Below the pieces are notes generated by a model. It saw only the letters and a list, made by a program, of their open reading frames with translations, did no database searches and had not been told where the DNA came from. A program made the position numbers and the translations under genes. Below are positions 25,556 through 32,000 of a stretch of 32,000 nucleotides of DNA, piece after piece (the first letter of the stretch is position 1; each line of letters starts with the position of its first letter). The DNA is from Candidatus Harpocratesius repetitus. Lineage in GTDB: Archaea; Asgardarchaeota; Lokiarchaeia; Sigyniarchaeales; Promethearchaeaceae. The stretch is taken from the NCBI GenBank assembly GCA_021498095.1, contig JAIZWK010000001.1:2760001-2792000 (forward strand), in the 5' to 3' direction.

Positions 25556-26926
25556 TTAAGTATCCATATTTTTTCGTTTTAATAAAGCAATAAAATAGCC
25601 TTGTCCGTCTTCTTCAGTTGGATAGAATCGGCGCATAAAGGACTTTGTTTCTGGTGGAATCCCAGAATAATCTAATCCTGAATGACCAAAAGATCTAAAT
25701 TTAGGCGGAAGTGAAACTAATTCGTAATTCAATTTATTAATAGCATATGCCACAATGCCTTCATTTTCTTGAATAGCAAAAGTACAAGTATTATACATTA
25801 GATATCCTCCAGGTTTAACAAGTTTATGGACAATTTTAAGCAATCTTCTTTGGTTCAACGCATATGCTTCTAAATCTTCTTTTGATTTTTGAATAAAAAG
25901 TTTTGGTCTTGGTCCAAGTGCACTACATGGAGGATCAAAAATAACAAAATCACCAGTTCCAACATATTGTGGGTATTTCTTTTCAAGTTTTTCTAATTTG
26001 CATGCAATTACTTCAATGTTTTTCAATCCCAGTCGATCAATATCATGTTTTAGATGTAAAAGTCGATTTTTTGATCGATCGATTGAGACAATTGGAAACC
26101 ATTTTGGATCTCCCTTCTTTTTAGTTAAAAATTGTATCCACTCTGCTAATGCACAAGTTTTATGTCCTGGTGCTGAACAAGTATCAAAAATCACAGGAAT
26201 CTCCTTATTATTGAAATAATATTCTAAAATAAAATAGGCGAAAATTCGTGTAGCAAGATTCGCTTGAAAATGTTGATCTGATATTAATCCCTTTTCAAAG
26301 AATTCACTTTGACGATAAGATGGGATATTGAATTTTGATTGTAAGGTTTTGACCATAATCCCCGTGATTGCTTTCGGATAATCTTTTGAGGCGATCTGAG
26401 TGATTCCATTTGCTACATGGAAATGTTTTTTATCATATTGAATCGATTTCGGTAATTTTTGAGGATCCAACATTACAGAAACCAAAGTATTATTGGAAAA
26501 TTTACCACCAATTTCACACACACCAGGAACATAAAGATTGGCACCCATCATAACAGATTCTGCTGCAAATTTATCACAATAGACGATTGGATCGTGAATT
26601 TCCATTTTTAGTGCCTTTTTGATTTGAATTGAAATCATATTTTCCAAAGAAGTTAAAGAAAAATTATAAGATGGATATGCTTCAATAAGATAATTAATTA
26701 AATTATTTCTTGAAATTCGAGTAAGATTAACTCGAAGGAAATATTCTTTGGGAGTTTTCACCAAATTTTGTAGTAATTTGGATCTCTCTTCTTTATCCTT
26801 ACAAGTTATACTGATATACAAATCGATTTCTGGAGATATCAAAAAATTCTTTATGTTTTCAGTTTGATTTGATGAACTTTTTTGAATTTCTATTTCATGA
26901 GATGGAGTTTTTCGCTGTAAATTCAT
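25556..26926 (-). CDS. RsmB/NOP2/NSUN-family RNA m5C methyltransferase with PUA domain (NSUN6-like, putative tRNA C72)
   Basis: PUA segment (AAESVMMGANLYVPGV), DTCSAPGHKT, FDPPCSALGPRP, YNTCT. Confidence 0.88.
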   Translation of the reverse strand: MNLQRKTPSHEIEIQKSSSNQTENIKNFLISPEIDLYISITCKDKEERSKLLQNLVKTPKEYFLRVNLTRISRNNLINYLIEAYPSYNFSLTSLENMISIQIKKALKMEIHDPIVYCDKFAAESVMMGANLYVPGVCEIGGKFSNNTLVSVMLDPQKLPKSIQYDKKHFHVANGITQIASKDYPKAITGIMVKTLQSKFNIPSYRQSEFFEKGLISDQHFQANLATRIFAYFILEYYFNNKEIPVIFDTCSAPGHKTCALAEWIQFLTKKKGDPKWFPIVSIDRSKNRLLHLKHDIDRLGLKNIEVIACKLEKLEKKYPQYVGTGDFVIFDPPCSALGPRPKLFIQKSKEDLEAYALNQRRLLKIVHKLVKPGGYLMYNTCTFAIQENEGIVAYAINKLNYELVSLPPKFRSFGHSGLDYSGIPPETKSFMRRFYPTEEDGQGYFIALLKRKNMDT

Positions 26927-26980
26927 TCAATAAATCAAAAGTAGAAATTTCTTAAAGTTAAAATGATTTACTGATCTTGC

Positions 26981-27409
26981 ATGTGCAACCAAAATAAAGC
27001 GTGTAAGGAATTACATGAAATCAAAGCGGAAAATATAATGAGCAGGGATGTTACAGTAGTTGAACCAATGGAAAAGCTTTCAACTGCTGAAATTTTAATG
27101 ATTAAAAAGAATATTGGTGGATTACCTGTTGTTTCTCCAGAAACAAAAAAACTAATTGGTATTCTTACACAACGGGATATTCAAATTTCGAAAACATTAA
27201 TCGGAACTGATATATTCCATGTTGATGATATTTATTCGAAAAATCCTGTAGTGGGAAAACCAGATGAAAGTTTACCTAAAATTATTAAAAAAATGAATCA
27301 ATACAATATTGAACGAGTACCTATTGTAGATGATAAAGATCATGTAATTGGAATTGTAGTAACAAAGGATTTAATTCGTTCATTAGCAGAATTTTTTGAT
27401 GATCCATAA
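26981..27409 (+). CDS. CBS-domain pair protein
   Basis: AENIMSRDV...IGGLPVV...LIGILTQRDI and IERVPIVDD..VIGIVVTKDL. Confidence 0.93.
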   Translation: MCNQNKACKELHEIKAENIMSRDVTVVEPMEKLSTAEILMIKKNIGGLPVVSPETKKLIGILTQRDIQISKTLIGTDIFHVDDIYSKNPVVGKPDESLPKIIKKMNQYNIERVPIVDDKDHVIGIVVTKDLIRSLAEFFDDP

Positions 27410-27670
27410 GAATAAAGCACGAATATCATATTTATATTGGAAAAATATCCTATTTTATTGTTTTTTTCTATTTGTGGTTTGAAACAAAATATCCAATGTT
27501 AATTAATGGTTATCTGATAATTATTAGGCGTGCAAGATATTTTATAGACAGATGTTATTTTTTTATTAGAATTTAAAAATTGAAAATGATAAGGTGGATC
27601 TAAAATAAAAAAAAAAAAAATCAATTCACTTTCCAATAAAGCACTAAAACCCAGTGGAACTGAATTTTTC

Positions 27671-30600
27671 ATGGCTGAATTTAAATTTCCCCGGTGGAAA
27701 CCATTCACATTTATAGATTCAAACCCGCCAATATTCTATCCAAGTTTTATTAATGAATTACTCCAAAAATGTGATAATTTTTCCCATACATCAGATATAG
27801 AAACGTTATTTTGGCAGATTCTCACTTTAAAATATCTCAAATTATTAAAAACTAGTGAATTCGAAAATTATTATCAAACATTAATTAAATATGAAGTTAC
27901 AGAAAATGATAAATCGGGTTTTTTAAATCCTCAATTGAAATACTCAAAGAAAAAGAAGAATACAACTTTTTCGATTACTGATTCAGATATCTTAAGTACA
28001 TATTACATCTTAAATATATTCGCCTTAACAGGAAAATTAACGGAATATTTAGCAACTTTGAATGGAAATCGGAAAAAATATTTGGAAAATTATATTTTAG
28101 ATTTACAATTTCATTTAAAAAAGAATAGTCGGAAATCTCAAGCAGAAATTCTCTTTTACATTACTACACTATATCTATTATTAGGAAATTCTCCACGGAC
28201 GATTCAGCACCAAGTAATACAGCAAATAAAGCCAAGTATCAAGCAATCTAAAGGACCGAATACTGTTTTTAAATTACTTTTATTTCGATTTTTTAATATG
28301 CAAGATCCTTTGAAAGAAAGCGATTTGATTTCATTACACCAACTTCAAAAAACAAATGGTGGTTTTAATTTTAAAAATTCAACTATTGCAGATCCATCGA
28401 ATACTTTTTGGATCGTTTTCACCTTAGAAACTTATAGTTGGTTTTTACCCTATCGTCCAGGACCAATATATTCATATCTTTTATCTTTTCTTCGACATGA
28501 ATATCAACATACACAAAATGATTCACAATATCTTTTCTCTAAGAATACTATTAAGTCTATTTTTCAATTAATAGTCTTGTATGCATGTATTTTCGATTCT
28601 CTATTGAATGATGTAGAAAACTTAATTTTTACTAATATATCTAAGAAAGGGATGTTAAATGCAGACAAACTTTCGAATGAAGGAGGATTTGCAGGAGCAG
28701 AGAATGAAATTATCTCTTTATTAAATCAAAAATTTCAATTTAAATTAGAAATATTAGATAATAACATAGTATTTCGGCGATATTTAAATCGTTTAAATCC
28801 ATTTAAAGAAAAATTGGCTGTTCAAATTAGGAAAGAAATAAGAAATTCTCTGCAATTCGATATTAATGAATTTGTAAAAAATTATAACCGGACAAAAAGT
28901 CGAACAAATCGAATTAAAGTTGAATTTATATGTGATTTAATCCAAGAAATGGAACAAGAATTTTTCTTTACAGGAAGTCTTAAATCTCGTAATCGTTTTT
29001 TCTTTTTCCATTCCTATTTATATATTCGGGAAAATTTCATCGAAAAAATCATTGTATGTGACAAACAACTGAATTGGCAAGATATTCAACATGAAAAAAA
29101 ACGGATGGAAGAAATCCTTATAGACATATTCAATATGATAAATGAGATTAAAGAGGCAAAAACCCGAATTTTAAATGATATTGAATCTATGATTTTGGTT
29201 GGAATGAATCCCGAAAAAATTGAAGAACATATGAAATTTTTAATCAAAAATACCCTGATTGATGCTACATTTTTCCGAAAAACAATTGAAACTTTTACTA
29301 GTGAATTTGTTTATTTAAATCCAAATTATGCTCTTAATTCACGAATTAAAGAGTGGGAACTCCTATATTCAAATCTTCAATCAGATTTTCGAAATATTAG
29401 AAAAATACTAAATATAAAATTAGACAACTTAAAAGATGAAATTCAACAAAGAGACTTTCTCTTTTCTTTAGAAAAGGAAATAAATACATGCATAAACCAA
29501 ATTACTGAAAATGCAATAAACTTTGAAGAAAATTTCCGACAAACATTTGACCAAGAATATCATCGAAAATTAATAGATCAACTAAAAGAACAATTGAAAC
29601 TAACAAAAGATAATTTAAATATGCTTGATAAACGGATTAAAAATCGATCTTTGAGAATTACAAGTAAAAAAACAAAAATCACTCAAATGCGTAATAAACT
29701 AATTAATAAGTGGATTTCGCATAAACAAGATATTACTCAATTACTTGCTTTTTATCAAGAAGGCTTTGATTATTGGGATAAATCTCTATCAAAATTTGAA
29801 TTATTACAAAGTAGTTTTCTTCAAAGAATTAATAAAGTTGAAAAAGAAATCAAAAAAGAAATATCTAAAAATGATTATTCAGTCGCATTTGAAATGAATA
29901 GAAGAAAATTTGCTGAAATTTTTAATGATATGAATTTATTAACCAATAATTTTGAAAAGGAATTTAATAAAAAACGCAAAGGAGCGCGTAAATTAAATCC
30001 TTTATATCAAGCACTGATAACAGAGTGGAATTCGCTTCAATATTCACTAGAAGCCCTAATTCAACAAAAGAAGCGTTCGTTCCAAAAATCTATTACTATG
30101 GATCAAATTTCTTTTCATACCGAGAATTTTCAACTTATTGTAGAATCCCAAATCACCATTCTGAATCAAAAGCTTATTGAATTCAAAAAAAGATTTTCAT
30201 CCCTTATTAAACATGATGAAAACATATCCCAATATAATTATAATCATGAAGCTGAAAAATTAAAAAAGGATTTTTTAAAAATACAAGCTCAAATAAAAGA
30301 TGAATACAATAAAATTAAAAAACTCAAATTAAATATAGATTTATCTCTATCTCTTAAGCAATTTCAAGAATTTGAACAGCATTTTAATCATGAAATTCAA
30401 GAAATAATTGATCATTATAATCGAAAAGAAAAAATTCGAAAAATTCTTAAATATGCTGAAGATAAAAATCAAAACTTGTTTGAAATTGCTGAGATCGCTC
30501 AAATATTAAAAATGAGCATATCTGAAACAGATTCATTGCTAAAACAATTAGTATCTCAAAATTTACTTAACGCACGAATATATAATAAAACAAGAAAAAT

Positions 30601-32000
30601 TGAAATACACAATAAGAATTGGAGAAATTATCTCAAACTAAAACAAGAAAGCGAAATTCGTTGTCGGGAATTACAAGCAAAAGTAAATTTAATTCAAAAT
30701 TATTTTAATAAAGCAGTAATCAATCATGAATTTTTGGAAAAAAGCGACCAGCTCGATACACTTATTGAAGAGTTTAATGAATATATAGAAACCAAATCTA
30801 ATGAATTTGAAACTTTTATACAAGATAATCAAATAAATACGAAAAACAATCTGATATATGAAGAATACTTGCAATTCTATCAAAAAATAAATAAGATGAA
30901 AGAACAAGTAAACTCACTACAGAATACAACAAATCAAGCAAAAGAATTTGAACAAATACTTAAGGATTTTACTTCACGTTTAGAAGATTTTGGAAATTCA
31001 ATAATTAATAAAATTGAGCAGGAATTTCAAACTACATCAAAATTATCGCATAAAAATCATACAAAATACTTGCAAAATCAATGGAGTTTTATTCAAAATT
31101 TCTTAGATGATATTCTTTTACAAGAAAAAACCCGTAGAAAAGAAATTTTTCAAAAAAACGGAAATTTTGGAGAAATTTTCTTTGATATTGAAGATGATTT
31201 TAAAAATAGAATTCAAAATATCATGCAAGATTTTAAGACAACTTTCCAAAATTATGAAGAAGAATTAAAAATAAATGAAATAAAAAACCTTCGCCAAAAA
31301 ATGGACGAAATTGTTATCGAAAAGCAAAACCTTGTTGGACAAAATCAAAGAAAAATTGATTTAGAAATAAAAAATAAAATTAGAGCAAAAGAATATATCA
31401 TAGCAGCCAAAAAATTAAATCAACGAGCAAAAAGTCTATATAAAATATTGAAAAATGCTGAAAAAGAAATAAAATTAGCAAACAAAGAGTTTAATGCAAA
31501 ATCAAAAGTATTTGGTATAAAATACTCACCATATATATTAGAAGAATGGACAAACTTTCAAAAACAATTTGAAGAATCAGTAATTTCTACTTTAAATAAA
31601 GTATATGCAAGAGAACTTGTGTTAAACTTTACTTTTTTCTCGATAAAATCCTTTAAAGAGCCTTTTGTCCCATTAAAACTTATAGCTGAAAACCTATTTT
31701 TAAGCCATGATCAAGTACAACATATTCTTATGAGTCTAATAAGCGAAGGAATGCTTTCAGGAAAAATTGATTTAGAACATGATGTTTATTTTGAAGGAAC
31801 AATAAGTTTTGATGATAAAAGTATTGCTCGATTAGAAATTATAAAGAAAACAAATGTTAAAACATATTTAAGAATCAGGCGTTTGGTGAATGTATTTGCA
31901 ATTCTCGGTCCGATTTTAACAGGATTTGCTTCTTTCTTAACAATATTATGGTATTTGATCCGTTTAGCCACAAATTTAGTCTTCATCGCAATTCCTATTG
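27671..32000 (+). CDS. Giant multidomain protein (at least 1443 aa, 3'-partial): prenyltransferase-like repeats, coiled coils, PCI-like winged helices, C-terminal TM
   Basis: Hand translation from ATG 27671 found no in-frame stop to the window end. Absent from the ORF track, presumably because it has no stop inside the window. Confidence 0.88.
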   Translation, partial: MAEFKFPRWKPFTFIDSNPPIFYPSFINELLQKCDNFSHTSDIETLFWQILTLKYLKLLKTSEFENYYQTLIKYEVTENDKSGFLNPQLKYSKKKKNTTFSITDSDILSTYYILNIFALTGKLTEYLATLNGNRKKYLENYILDLQFHLKKNSRKSQAEILFYITTLYLLLGNSPRTIQHQVIQQIKPSIKQSKGPNTVFKLLLFRFFNMQDPLKESDLISLHQLQKTNGGFNFKNSTIADPSNTFWIVFTLETYSWFLPYRPGPIYSYLLSFLRHEYQHTQNDSQYLFSKNTIKSIFQLIVLYACIFDSLLNDVENLIFTNISKKGMLNADKLSNEGGFAGAENEIISLLNQKFQFKLEILDNNIVFRRYLNRLNPFKEKLAVQIRKEIRNSLQFDINEFVKNYNRTKSRTNRIKVEFICDLIQEMEQEFFFTGSLKSRNRFFFFHSYLYIRENFIEKIIVCDKQLNWQDIQHEKKRMEEILIDIFNMINEIKEAKTRILNDIESMILVGMNPEKIEEHMKFLIKNTLIDATFFRKTIETFTSEFVYLNPNYALNSRIKEWELLYSNLQSDFRNIRKILNIKLDNLKDEIQQRDFLFSLEKEINTCINQITENAINFEENFRQTFDQEYHRKLIDQLKEQLKLTKDNLNMLDKRIKNRSLRITSKKTKITQMRNKLINKWISHKQDITQLLAFYQEGFDYWDKSLSKFELLQSSFLQRINKVEKEIKKEISKNDYSVAFEMNRRKFAEIFNDMNLLTNNFEKEFNKKRKGARKLNPLYQALITEWNSLQYSLEALIQQKKRSFQKSITMDQISFHTENFQLIVESQITILNQKLIEFKKRFSSLIKHDENISQYNYNHEAEKLKKDFLKIQAQIKDEYNKIKKLKLNIDLSLSLKQFQEFEQHFNHEIQEIIDHYNRKEKIRKILKYAEDKNQNLFEIAEIAQILKMSISETDSLLKQLVSQNLLNARIYNKTRKIEIHNKNWRNYLKLKQESEIRCRELQAKVNLIQNYFNKAVINHEFLEKSDQLDTLIEEFNEYIETKSNEFETFIQDNQINTKNNLIYEEYLQFYQKINKMKEQVNSLQNTTNQAKEFEQILKDFTSRLEDFGNSIINKIEQEFQTTSKLSHKNHTKYLQNQWSFIQNFLDDILLQEKTRRKEIFQKNGNFGEIFFDIEDDFKNRIQNIMQDFKTTFQNYEEELKINEIKNLRQKMDEIVIEKQNLVGQNQRKIDLEIKNKIRAKEYIIAAKKLNQRAKSLYKILKNAEKEIKLANKEFNAKSKVFGIKYSPYILEEWTNFQKQFEESVISTLNKVYARELVLNFTFFSIKSFKEPFVPLKLIAENLFLSHDQVQHILMSLISEGMLSGKIDLEHDVYFEGTISFDDKSIARLEIIKKTNVKTYLRIRRLVNVFAILGPILTGFASFLTILWYLIRLATNLVFIAIPI

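Noticed and set aside
12748-26219. Short track ORFs 12748-12942, 16542-16868, 16871-17053, 20537-20770 and 25998-26219
   Set aside because: They lie within or antisense to confident CDSs and lack recognisable motifs.
27607-27620. A14 run upstream of the giant ORF
   Set aside because: No supporting context for a function; could be a minus-strand U-tract or a homopolymer length error.
27650-27705. ORB-like words (CCAGTGGAAC, TTTCCCCGGTGGAAAC) suggesting a replication origin
   Set aside because: Partial matches only; one lies inside the coding start of the giant ORF; no cdc6/orc1 nearby and no G-string.
27499-31986. Minus-strand track ORFs 27499-27708, 30689-30907 and 31786-31986
   Set aside because: Antisense shadows of the giant plus-strand ORF; their hydrophobicity reflects the A-rich sense strand.

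Overview
AT-rich, gene-dense archaeal chromosomal window, most likely from an Asgard archaeon (Lokiarchaeia/Promethearchaeota-like). That assignment is inferred from longin-like, ESCRT-II-like and PCI-like domains, archaeal VapBC pairs, DRG, an NSUN6-like methyltransferase and AOR. I found no rRNA, tRNA, CRISPR array, integrase or transposase. Housekeeping and metabolic genes: AOR, FAH-family hydrolase, bacterial-type glyA, DRG GTPase, NSUN6-like m5C MTase, GH13, GH18, two tandem GT2 synthases and a CBS-pair protein. They are interspersed with two VapBC modules and an orphan DNA methyltransferase. Main highlights: (1) a flotillin/SPFH gene followed by a gene that appears to fuse an NfeD-type OB domain to an ESCRT-II Vps22/Vps36 (EAP30) tandem winged helix, a candidate flotillin-ESCRT link; (2) an ORF of at least 1443 codons missing from the ORF track (27671 to the window end), with prenyltransferase-like repeats, long coiled coils, PCI-like winged helices and a C-terminal TM segment; (3) a DRG gene whose conserved N-terminus has no ATG/GTG/TTG and seems to start at ATT behind a GGAGG; (4) a structured glyA leader with competing helices and two 3-codon uORFs; (5) tandem stand-alone longin genes. 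All domain calls come from reading motifs and from remembered family consensus, not from database searches.
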